64,000 nucleotides of DNA from positions 1 to 64,000 of the IMG/VR virus record IMGVR_UViG_3300017911_001697; one strand, 5' to 3'. The notes beneath the pieces are model-generated. The model worked only from the letters and a program-made list of their open reading frames with translations, was not told where the DNA came from and made no database searches. This DNA is from a virus (taxonomy: Duplodnaviria; Caudoviricetes). This document shows, piece after piece, positions 55,551-64,000 of this stretch; positions within the stretch are counted from its first letter, which is position 1; the number at the start of each line of letters is the position of its first letter. A program made the position numbers and the translations under genes.

Positions 55551-56177
55551 ATGCAAATCCGTAAACTTTACGAATACATGAGTCCAGATGCTGCCAAAGT
55601 GCAGATTATGGAATCCGAAGACGGCAAAGACCTGTTTATGGCAGGCCTTTTCATCCAAGGTGACGTAAAAAATCAAAATGGAAGAGTATATCCTAAACAG
55701 GAAATACAAAAAGCCGTTGAGAGTGTTCGTAGCCGTTTAGGCAAAGGCGAAACTGTTTTAGGTGAGTTAGATCATCCAGAAGAGTTACAAATTAACCTAG
55801 ACAGAGTTAGTCATATCATTACAGAAATGCATTGCAATGACAGCGACGGTATTGGCAAATTAAAAATCATAGATACCCCAATGGGGAATATTGCGAAAGC
55901 ATTATTGAAAGCAGGCGCGAAACTGGGCGTTTCAAGTAGAGGCAGCGGTAACGTTAACGAATCAGGTAAAGTATCTGATTTTGATATCATTACTGTTGAC
56001 ATTGTGGCCCAGCCCAGTGCACCGGATGCTTACCCAAAGACAATCTATGAGAGTTTATTTAACATGCGAGGCGGTGCCGTTATACACGAAACCGCTACAG
56101 CAGTTACACACGACAAAAGTGCAGAAATACACTTGGCTAGGCAGATACAAAGCCTAATCAATGAACTAAAAATATAA
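55551..56177 (+). CDS. gp21: prohead protease, T4 gp21-like
   Basis: GLFIQGDVKNQNGRVYP, LGELDHP, GVSSRGSG, DIVAQPSAPDAY. Confidence 0.95.
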   Translation: MQIRKLYEYMSPDAAKVQIMESEDGKDLFMAGLFIQGDVKNQNGRVYPKQEIQKAVESVRSRLGKGETVLGELDHPEELQINLDRVSHIITEMHCNDSDGIGKLKIIDTPMGNIAKALLKAGAKLGVSSRGSGNVNESGKVSDFDIITVDIVAQPSAPDAYPKTIYESLFNMRGGAVIHETATAVTHDKSAEIHLARQIQSLINELKI

Positions 56178-56194
56178 GGAAGTAGGAGACTACT

Positions 56195-57307
56195 ATGGCA
56201 GTGACATTTACAGACTTACTTGAGGGAACAGATTTAACTTCTGAAGTTAAAGCAGCCCTTCAAGAAGCATGGGAGTCAAAAGTTTCCGAAGCAAAAGAAG
56301 AGCTTACTGCTGAACTTCGTGAGGAGTTTGCACAACGTTATGAGCACGATAAAAGCACAATCGTTGAAGCAGTAGATAACTTTATCACAGATAAAGTTAC
56401 AGCAGAAGTAGCAGAAATTGCTGAAGAAAAAGACGCTCTTGCAAAAGACAGAGTCAAATATCGCAAAGCCATTAGTGAACATGCTAAATTATTAGACAAG
56501 TTTGTTGTCGAAATGGTAGCAAAAGAAGTTAAAGAATTGCAAGCAGACAAGGCTAGAGTTAACGAACATGTTGGCAAACTAGACGAGTTTATTACAGAAT
56601 CTTTAGCATCTGAAATTGCTGAATTCCATGAAGACAAGAAGTCTTTAGTAGAGCAAAAAGTTAAAATGGTACGTGAAGGTAAGAAACAACTTGCTGAAGC
56701 GAAAAAAGATTTTATCCGCAAAGCAGCTGGCAAAGTTGAAACAACAATCAACAATGTTATCAGTGAAGAGGTTAAAAACTTCCGTAATGACATCACTAAA
56801 GCTCGTGAAAATGACTTTGGACGTCGAATTTTTGAAGCATTCGCTAACGAGTACAACACATCGTACTTGAACGAAAGCAAAGAAATTAAGACATTACAGA
56901 GAACACTAGCCGAAATGGAAACACAACTTAACGAAGCAAAAGAAAGCGTTGAAGCCTCTAACGAAGCAACAGCACTTACTGAAAGCAAGTTAAGAATTGC
57001 AGAAGACCGTTATACTCGTAAAGAAACACTTAACAGTCTACTAGCACCATTAGGCAAAGAGAAGAAAGAAATTATGTCAGACTTACTTGAAAGTGTTAAG
57101 ACAGAGAACTTAGAGAAGCAATTCAATAAGTATCTTCCATCTGTTTTAGATGGCGAAACACCAAGAGTGAAAAAGACATTGTCTGAATCAGTAAAGAAAG
57201 AACATACTGGTAATAAGGCAGCTGTTGTAACAGCAGAGGCCGATGACGAAACTGATAATGTAGTCGAGATTGATTACATTAAGAAATTAGCCGGACTTTC
57301 AAAATAA
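56195..57307 (+). CDS. gp22: prohead scaffolding protein, T4 gp22-like
   Basis: Coiled-coil, ELREEFAQRYEHDK, FGRRIFEAF; between gp21 and gp23. Confidence 0.85.
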   Translation: MAVTFTDLLEGTDLTSEVKAALQEAWESKVSEAKEELTAELREEFAQRYEHDKSTIVEAVDNFITDKVTAEVAEIAEEKDALAKDRVKYRKAISEHAKLLDKFVVEMVAKEVKELQADKARVNEHVGKLDEFITESLASEIAEFHEDKKSLVEQKVKMVREGKKQLAEAKKDFIRKAAGKVETTINNVISEEVKNFRNDITKARENDFGRRIFEAFANEYNTSYLNESKEIKTLQRTLAEMETQLNEAKESVEASNEATALTESKLRIAEDRYTRKETLNSLLAPLGKEKKEIMSDLLESVKTENLEKQFNKYLPSVLDGETPRVKKTLSESVKKEHTGNKAAVVTAEADDETDNVVEIDYIKKLAGLSK

Positions 57308-57322
57308 AAGGAGTGATTTAAA

Positions 57323-58462
57323 ATGGCAAATTTATTTGAAAGCAACTGGTCCGCAACTAAAGAAGCATTGCTAGAAGGTGTTTCTGGAAACAGAAAATCT
57401 TCATTAGATGTGGTCCTCGAAAATACAAAACGCTATTTGTCAGAGGCTGCAACAACAGGTGCAACAGGTGCGGGTTCAGTCGCAACATTAAACAAAGTTA
57501 TGTTACCTTTAATCAGAAGGGTTATGCCTTCAGTTATTGCTAACGAACTAGTAGGTGTACAACCTATGACAGGCCCAGTAGGCCAAATCCATACATTGCG
57601 TGTAAGATATGCAGAGAGTGGTGGTGGTGCTACTGCAGGTGATGAGGCATTAAGCCCATTCAAACTTGCTTCTACATACGCAGGTGCTCCAGATGCTACA
57701 GCAGCAGCTGAAGGACAAGCAGGTAGAAAAATGTCAATCCAAATCTTAAAAGAAACTGTCGAAGCAAAGACAAGACGTTTAAGTGCTAGATGGACATTTG
57801 AAGCAGCACAAGATGCAGAAAGCATGCACGGTGTTGACGTTGAAGCAGAAATCATGCAAGCTCTTGCACAAGAGATTGTTGTTGAAATCGACCAAGAAAT
57901 TATTGGTTCGCTTCGCTCATTAGCAGGCGCAGGTACAACTTTAGACTTCTCAAGTTTAAGTGGTACAAGTGTTTACGTTGGTGACCGTCACGCAGCATTA
58001 GCAATTGAGATCAACAGAGCAGCTAACAGAATCGCAGCTAGAACAAGACGCGGTGCTGGTAACTACGTTGTTGTTTCTCCAGAAGCATTGACAATCTTAC
58101 AAAGTGCGTCAACTTCAACATTTGCTAGAACAACTGAAGGTTCTTTCGAAGCACCAACAAACACTAAGTTTGTAGGTACATTGAACGGAACAGTCAGAGT
58201 ATTCGTAGACAACTACGCAGCTGACGGTACAAAAGTACTTGTTGGTTACAAAGGTTCAAGCGAATCAGATGCTCCAGCATTCTACTGCCCATATATCCCA
58301 TTAATGAGCACAGGTCCAGTTATGGATCCTGCTACATTTGAGCCAGTAGTGAGCTTTATGACACGTTATGGTTATAAAGAACTTACAAACACTGCTTCAT
58401 CTTTGGGTAACGCAGCAGATTACGTTGATGCTATCACATTAGCAAACGTATCTTTCCAGTAA
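57323..58462 (+). CDS. gp23: major capsid protein, T4 gp23-like
   Basis: LIRRVMPSVIANELVGVQPMTGPVGQI, RRLSARWTFEAAQD, FYCPYIPL, FMTRYG. Confidence 0.97.
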   Translation: MANLFESNWSATKEALLEGVSGNRKSSLDVVLENTKRYLSEAATTGATGAGSVATLNKVMLPLIRRVMPSVIANELVGVQPMTGPVGQIHTLRVRYAESGGGATAGDEALSPFKLASTYAGAPDATAAAEGQAGRKMSIQILKETVEAKTRRLSARWTFEAAQDAESMHGVDVEAEIMQALAQEIVVEIDQEIIGSLRSLAGAGTTLDFSSLSGTSVYVGDRHAALAIEINRAANRIAARTRRGAGNYVVVSPEALTILQSASTSTFARTTEGSFEAPTNTKFVGTLNGTVRVFVDNYAADGTKVLVGYKGSSESDAPAFYCPYIPLMSTGPVMDPATFEPVVSFMTRYGYKELTNTASSLGNAADYVDAITLANVSFQ

Positions 58463-58484
58463 GAATTATCTTAACGGAGAAAAG

Positions 58485-58510
58485 ACCCCACTTTATGTGG
58501 GGTTTTTTTT
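58485..58510 (+). terminator. intrinsic terminator after the major capsid gene
   Basis: ACCCCAC/GTGGGGT stem plus T run. Confidence 0.85.
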
Positions 58511-58545
58511 GACTAAAGATTCATAATAATTTACATAGACACTAT

Positions 58546-58574
58546 TTGACAAATAAATAACACTGTGTTATTAT
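58546..58574 (+). promoter_or_regulatory. sigma70-type promoter TTGACA-N17-(TGt)TATTAT
   Basis: Consensus -35 and extended -10 upstream of the lipoprotein gene. Confidence 0.7.
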
Positions 58575-58681
58575 AACACATAACAGTGGATTTACGGTTT
58601 TATCATGCACTGCTAAGAGGTACTAAATGTATGTTTTGTTGAAGAACATACAATAGAGTAGTTTTTACACAGAAAGAGGAC

Positions 58682-59839
58682 ATGATCATGAACGTAGTAA
58701 AACTATTGTTTGTGCTGATCGCTGGAGTAAGCGTAGTAGGATGTGCTAGTGGTGGTTCTAGAACAGATTACTATCTTGCTGTACAACAAGCAGCTCAGGC
58801 ACAAGCAGCACAATCAGAAGCACGTTATCGTGCACTAGCCACTATTGCTAACAGCGGCGACCCAGCTGCAAAAGCAATGGCAACAATGGCTATCGCTCTC
58901 AATGAAGACAAAAACATTGTACCACAGTATATTGAATCTGACGCATTAAGTTGGGCTCGTGTGCTGGCAACGCCTGTGGCAACATTAGGTGGTTTATGGA
59001 TTCAATCAGACGTAGCCAAAAATGCAAGCAACAATGCACGTGATATCCAAATGGCCAATTTTGCATCTAACGAAGCAATTCAGTTAGGACAGCAAAATAT
59101 GGTAACCAACCTTGGTAGCCAATGGTCAGCAGGAGCCGCTGCAAGCAGTCAGCAACTAGTTGATCTAGGTATTGCAGGCTTTGGTGCACTTAACACAGCA
59201 GGCGAACAAACTGTTAATTTAGGTGTAGCAGGACTTACCACAGCAGACAGTATTGCAGGAGCAGGGTTTACTGCTAATGAAAATATTGCTACTGTAGGCT
59301 TTACTGCCGCAGACAGCATTGCTACAACCGGTATTACCACTGTTGGTGCCGTTGGTGTTGCAGGTATGACCAATCTAAATGAAGTCAGCCAATATGGCAT
59401 GACCACCATTAGTGCAGTAGCAGCAACGGGCATGGACGGTATGGTAACATTAGGCACTGCAGGCATGAATGGTATGGAAGTATTGGGCACTGCTGGTATG
59501 ACCAACCTAACCACATTAGGACAGAGTGGATTCACTGCTCTTAATACCATGAGTGCCGATTATAATACTTTGGTTAACAACATCAATACCACAAACGCAG
59601 GTGTTATTAATGATCTTAATACCACATGGAGTGGGGCATTAACTGATAATAATGCCACCTGGAGTGGTGTGTTAACTGACACTAACAGCACTTACAGCGG
59701 TATTGTCACAGACAATAACGACACACTGGGTTCTGCAAACACGTTATTACAAGAAACTATTGATAACTTGATTGCTAACCCTGTCACAAACACAGTAGTA
59801 TGTACCACAGATGCTGACGGTGTGATTAGTTGTAGTTAA
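58682..59839 (+). CDS. lipoprotein with 11-residue Gly-anchored repeats
   Basis: Signal peptide with lipobox SVVG-C21; ten tandem 11-mers; C-terminal Cys pair. Confidence 0.75.
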   Translation: MIMNVVKLLFVLIAGVSVVGCASGGSRTDYYLAVQQAAQAQAAQSEARYRALATIANSGDPAAKAMATMAIALNEDKNIVPQYIESDALSWARVLATPVATLGGLWIQSDVAKNASNNARDIQMANFASNEAIQLGQQNMVTNLGSQWSAGAAASSQQLVDLGIAGFGALNTAGEQTVNLGVAGLTTADSIAGAGFTANENIATVGFTAADSIATTGITTVGAVGVAGMTNLNEVSQYGMTTISAVAATGMDGMVTLGTAGMNGMEVLGTAGMTNLTTLGQSGFTALNTMSADYNTLVNNINTTNAGVINDLNTTWSGALTDNNATWSGVLTDTNSTYSGIVTDNNDTLGSANTLLQETIDNLIANPVTNTVVCTTDADGVISCS

Positions 59840-59858
59840 AGTTTATATTGCTTGACCT

Positions 59859-59890
59859 ATAACCGAGGAACCACCGCCTCGGTTATTTTT
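59859..59890 (+). terminator. intrinsic terminator after the lipoprotein gene
   Basis: TAACCGAGG/CCTCGGTTA stem plus T run. Confidence 0.8.
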
Positions 59891-59898
59891 TCTATATT

Positions 59899-59906
59899 GA
59901 TAAATA
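59899..59906 (+). promoter_or_regulatory. late promoter GATAAATA upstream of the tail fibre gene
   Basis: Recurrent motif right after the terminator. Confidence 0.6.
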
Positions 59907-59941
59907 GTTGTAAGACTTTAATATAGTAGGGTTATCAAAAA

Positions 59942-62900
59942 ATGGCAAATAAACGTACCGTTATAGCAGCAGATGAAGAGTTACTGGTCAAAGGCCAGTT
60001 GACAGTTTCAGGCAACGTAACTCAAATCGAAACAACTCAAACAATCAACCGATTGGAATCAGACGAATTAGTAATCAACGCAGACAGCGATGCTGTAACG
60101 GCTAAAGTAGTATTAAACGGCGCAAGCTCAAACGCAATATTATCTTTTAACTCAACAACTGGCAACTTAGACATCAGCCAACCTATTGCTGTGCCTAGTG
60201 GTACAACAATCACAGGTACATTTGTTGGCGACTTAACTGGTGATGTAACAGGTGATGTAACTGGTACAGTAAGTGACATTTCAAATCACGACACTGGCGA
60301 TTTAACAGAAGGCTCAAATCTCTACTATACAACAGCAAGAGCTAACACAGATTTTGATACAAGACTAGCCACTAAAGATACTGGGGATTTAGCAGAAGGT
60401 TCAAATCTTTATTACACTGATGCTAGAGCAAGAGCATCTATCAGTGTTACTGACTCAGGCGGCGACGGCAGTTTAGCATACAATAGTTCAAGTGGTGTGA
60501 TCACTTACACTGGCCCAAGTCTTGCAGAAGTACAATCCAGAATAGACAATTCAGCAGCAAATGTTAGGGCACATTTTAGCGGTGGGACAGGCATCACACT
60601 TACTGGCGGAACATTCTCTACAACAGATAGCGAAATAGTTCACGATGACCTTAGTGGTTTTGTGGCAAACGAACACATTGATCATAGTAGTGTAGATATC
60701 ACAGCAGGCTCGGGCTTGACTGGCGGCGGTGATATCACAGCAAGTAGAACGTTAAACGTTGTTGGCGGTGACGGTATCACAGCAAATGCTAACGACATAG
60801 AAGTTGATAGTACGGTAGTTAGGACAAGCGGTAATCAAAGTATTGCAGGAACAAAAACATTCACAGGCAGTGTTGTTTTACCAGCATTAACAAATCCAAG
60901 CAATCCTTCGGGCAATGCATACGTTGCAGGCGACGGCGGAGGCTCCACAAAAGCAGCATCAACTGCTTATGTTGAAGCAGCCATTGATGCATTAGTCGGC
61001 GGCGCACCAGGTACACTTGATACCATTAATGAAATTGCATCAGCACTCAACGATAATGCATCAATTGGTGCACAGGTTGTGTCAAACACCAACGACATTG
61101 ACACACTTGAAGGCAGACAAGTTATTGCAGGTTCGGGTCTCACAGGTGGAGGCACACTAGCCGCAGATAGAACATTAAACGTAGGCGCCGGCACAGGTAT
61201 TAGTGTAGCAGCAGATAGTATCAGCACAAATGATAGTGCTATTGTACACGATAACTTATCAGGATTTGTTGCTAACGAACACATTAACCACACAGGCGTT
61301 ACCTTAACAGCAGGCGACGGATTAAGCGGTGGTGGAGACATTACTGCAAGCAGAAGTTTTGCAGTTGACAGTACTGTTGTTAGAACCACAGGCAACCAAG
61401 CATTAGCAGGTGTTAAGACATTTACAGGTGCATTAGTAGTACCAAGTTCAACGAACACAACCAGCGGTGCAATTTATTATGACAGCAGCACCAACGAAGC
61501 ATTCATTTACACAGGTGCAGGTGCTAGAAAAATTACTCCTGCTGTGGATGCAGGTGATGTAGAAAGTTTAGGCACAGGCACAGTTGATGTGTACGCCGGC
61601 CAACGTGCAGCAGGTAATGTTACATATCACGGCATTAAAAGTTTAAATGCAGGCACTTATACAAGTCTTGCAGAAAGTGCAAATGTAATCACATACGATG
61701 TAGACATGCCAGCAGTGAAAGCACAGTTTGCTGCTTCAGGTGCTGAACTATCATATGATAGCAGCACAGGTACTTTCACCAGCACTGCTGACAATTACAG
61801 CAGTTGGAAATTTACCACACCAACAACAGGAAATGTTGTTATCAACAGTGACGACCTAGTAACCTTTGCAGCAGGCACAGGTATAACAATTTCCCACACT
61901 GATAAAACGATCACAATCACAAACAGTAATTCAGCAGACATAACAGCAGTTAACGCTGGTAACGGTTTAACAGGTGGTGCCACAAGTGGTGCAGCAACGC
62001 TCACAGTTGGTGCTGGTGATGGTATCAGTGTAAACACCAACGATGTTGCAGTAGACAGCACTGTAGTTAGAACATCAGGCACACAAACTGTGGCTGGCAA
62101 TAAAACGCTAACAGGCGATACTCAAATTAACAATTTAAACATCAATGGTGCATTTGACTTACCCACCACAGACGGCACAAACGGATATGTGTTAAAGACT
62201 GATGGTTCAGGCACAGTTACATGGGCATCAGTTACTTCATTGCCAGGTACTGTAACAGGCGTTACTGCTGGTGACGGTTTAACAGGCGGCGGCTCAGTAG
62301 GCACTGTGACTGTTGATGTTGCAGGCGGTTATGGTATCACAGTTAATGCTAATGACATTGAAGTAAGTAATTCAGATATTCAAGCACTGTTTAGTGCAGG
62401 CGGCGACCTAAGTTATTCAAATGGTGTGTTCAGTTACACAGAACCCACAATGTATGCAGACAGTGATGCAAGAAGTGCTATTAGTGCAGGTGGTGATTTA
62501 ACATACAACAGCTCAACAGGTGTTATCAGTTTCACAGAAAGAACTGACGCAGAAGTACGTGGCTTACTAAGTGGTGGTACAGGTATTACATATGACGACT
62601 CTACTGGTTCGATCAGTTTAACAGATACAGGTTATATCACAGGTGTTACAGCAGGCAACGGATTAAGTGGCGGTGGCGGTTCAGGCACAGTCACATTAGC
62701 AGTGGACTTATCAGAACTTACTGACATGACTGCTGCAGTTAACAGTGCCCAAGACGAACTGATTATTTTGGATAATGGTGCTGATAGAAGAAAACTTATT
62801 TCAGAAATACCACTAAGTGCATTCAACAACGACAGTGGATTTACTACTAATACAGGTGACATTACAGGTGTCACAGCAGGAACTGGTTTAAGTGGTGGAG

Positions 62901-63631
62901 GAGCAAGCGGCTCTGTTACACTAAACCTTGACTTTAGTGAACTTACAGATATGACAGGAGACATATCTGGCACAACAGAATTTATTCTACAAGACGGTAC
63001 CACAGAAAGCAGGAAAGCTGCAAGCGAAATTAAACTTTCTGCATTTAACAACGATTCAGGTTTTACCACTAATGTGGGTGACATTACAGGTGTTACAGCA
63101 GGCACAGACTTAACAGGTGGCGGTTCAAGTGGTTCAGTTACATTAAACGTAACATCAGCAAGCACTAACACTGCAAACAGAATTGTTAAAAGAGATGGCT
63201 CAGGTAACTTTGCTGCAGGTGTTATCACAGCCACAGCAACAGCAGCACAATATGCTGACTTGGCTGAAAACTATGTAGCAGACAGCGATTATCCCCCAGG
63301 CACAGTTTTAGTGTTTGGCGGCGAACAAGAAGTTACACTGTGTAACGAACATAATTCTGCAAGAGTAGCAGGTGTTGTTTCCACAGATCCTGCACACTTG
63401 ATGAATTCAAACTGCGAAGGCGAGCATGTCGCAGCAGTAGCACTCAGAGGACGTATACCTTGCAAGGTTATGGGTCCTGTTAGAAAAGGCGATGTACTTG
63501 TAACATCAACTACACCAGGTTTTGCAGAAGCATCAGATCAGCCACATTTTGTTGGTGCAGCATGCATAGTTGGTAAAGCAATCTCAGATCATCTTACTCC
63601 AAGCCAAGGTATTGTAGAAATAATGGTTTAA
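59942..63631 (+). CDS. long tail fibre/appendage with C-terminal peptidase G2-like chaperone domain
   Basis: Many (I/V)TAG.GL.GGG repeats, T.DL.EGSNLYYT repeats; C-terminal AQYADLAENY...GVVSTDPAHLMN...VALRGRIPCKV. Confidence 0.8.
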   Translation: MANKRTVIAADEELLVKGQLTVSGNVTQIETTQTINRLESDELVINADSDAVTAKVVLNGASSNAILSFNSTTGNLDISQPIAVPSGTTITGTFVGDLTGDVTGDVTGTVSDISNHDTGDLTEGSNLYYTTARANTDFDTRLATKDTGDLAEGSNLYYTDARARASISVTDSGGDGSLAYNSSSGVITYTGPSLAEVQSRIDNSAANVRAHFSGGTGITLTGGTFSTTDSEIVHDDLSGFVANEHIDHSSVDITAGSGLTGGGDITASRTLNVVGGDGITANANDIEVDSTVVRTSGNQSIAGTKTFTGSVVLPALTNPSNPSGNAYVAGDGGGSTKAASTAYVEAAIDALVGGAPGTLDTINEIASALNDNASIGAQVVSNTNDIDTLEGRQVIAGSGLTGGGTLAADRTLNVGAGTGISVAADSISTNDSAIVHDNLSGFVANEHINHTGVTLTAGDGLSGGGDITASRSFAVDSTVVRTTGNQALAGVKTFTGALVVPSSTNTTSGAIYYDSSTNEAFIYTGAGARKITPAVDAGDVESLGTGTVDVYAGQRAAGNVTYHGIKSLNAGTYTSLAESANVITYDVDMPAVKAQFAASGAELSYDSSTGTFTSTADNYSSWKFTTPTTGNVVINSDDLVTFAAGTGITISHTDKTITITNSNSADITAVNAGNGLTGGATSGAATLTVGAGDGISVNTNDVAVDSTVVRTSGTQTVAGNKTLTGDTQINNLNINGAFDLPTTDGTNGYVLKTDGSGTVTWASVTSLPGTVTGVTAGDGLTGGGSVGTVTVDVAGGYGITVNANDIEVSNSDIQALFSAGGDLSYSNGVFSYTEPTMYADSDARSAISAGGDLTYNSSTGVISFTERTDAEVRGLLSGGTGITYDDSTGSISLTDTGYITGVTAGNGLSGGGGSGTVTLAVDLSELTDMTAAVNSAQDELIILDNGADRRKLISEIPLSAFNNDSGFTTNTGDITGVTAGTGLSGGGASGSVTLNLDFSELTDMTGDISGTTEFILQDGTTESRKAASEIKLSAFNNDSGFTTNVGDITGVTAGTDLTGGGSSGSVTLNVTSASTNTANRIVKRDGSGNFAAGVITATATAAQYADLAENYVADSDYPPGTVLVFGGEQEVTLCNEHNSARVAGVVSTDPAHLMNSNCEGEHVAAVALRGRIPCKVMGPVRKGDVLVTSTTPGFAEASDQPHFVGAACIVGKAISDHLTPSQGIVEIMV

Positions 63632-63651
63632 CCCATTATTTCTTCTACATT

Positions 63652-63659
63652 GATAAATA
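63652..63659 (+). promoter_or_regulatory. late promoter GATAAATA
   Basis: Recurrent motif upstream of the 63733 ORF. Confidence 0.55.
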
Positions 63660-63732
63660 CATATAACGGCGAAGACAGTAACGCAGTGTTGCTGACAATG
63701 TTTTTACAAACATTGAACTAACCGGAGACAAA

Positions 63733-64000
63733 ATGGCAATTTTTGGAAATTTCAAAGGTACCACTAAATCTGAATTTCAGATCGGTAAAAGTGGTTCTAA
63801 AGTATCTAGCGGAAGTGCTGTTCCCAGCACAGATTTATCCAACGGCGACCTATTCATTGACGCTGCTAACTCAACACTACAAGTTTACAACAATGCTTGG
63901 GTAAACATAGGAACAACATTACCTGAGCTAAATGTCGATGACGGCACACTGTTTGTTGATCAAGCAAACGACACAGTGAGCATTGGTTCTACTAGCTCAA
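63733..64000 (+). CDS. virion structural protein, 5' partial (runs off the window)
   Basis: SD GGAG then ATG; MAIFGNFKGTTKSEFQIGKSG...GDLFID; open to the window end. Confidence 0.65.
   Translation, partial: MAIFGNFKGTTKSEFQIGKSGSKVSSGSAVPSTDLSNGDLFIDAANSTLQVYNNAWVNIGTTLPELNVDDGTLFVDQANDTVSIGSTSS

Noticed and set aside
59942-63631. Diversity-generating retroelement or invertible fibre cassette
   Set aside because: Repeats are degenerate protein-level duplications; no reverse transcriptase, adenine-specific TR/VR pair, invertase or inverted crossover sites in the window.
1-64000. Genome-wide TAG reassignment (alternative genetic code)
   Set aside because: TAG ends several clearly complete genes (gp46 at 43974, monooxygenase at 46317, HD at 48875, GT at 7168, chaperone at 46809), and very long ORFs are intact in the standard code. 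Only the gp5 TAG is anomalous.

Overview
64 kb of a large (jumbo-like) T4-type myophage, AT-rich and probably aquatic/marine. No rRNA, tRNA, CRISPR array or IS element is visible. Layout: (i) 307-40131, a long minus-strand morphogenesis region ending distally in a glycosyltransferase/lipid-remodelling cluster (ugd-plcP-agt). It includes fibre/baseplate genes, a 5660-aa giant baseplate protein with an internal Hint autoprocessing domain, gp6-, gp25-, gp5-, gp53- and gp48/54-like genes, and a small plus-strand island at 33.5-34.1 kb. (ii) 40314-46591 plus strand: gp55-like late sigma, gp47/gp46 recombination nuclease, a minimal GIY-YIG nuclease, a ~600-nt densely structured non-coding segment and a cytochrome-c/copper-monooxygenase cassette. 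(iii) 46588-47678 minus strand: a gp26-like/tail-assembly-chaperone gene with a candidate programmed -1 frameshift. (iv) 47771-64000 plus strand: 2OG-Fe(II) + HD oxygenase pair, tape measure, portal, prohead core/protease/scaffold, major capsid, an 11-mer-repeat lipoprotein and a tail fibre. Most notable: a coupled PlcP+Agt+Ugd phospholipid-to-glycolipid module, an in-frame amber codon splitting the gp5-like spike gene, a -1 frameshift signal, a non-splicing Hint domain in the giant protein, and the structured non-coding region after the GIY-YIG gene. All family assignments come from motif recognition by eye; no database searches were run.
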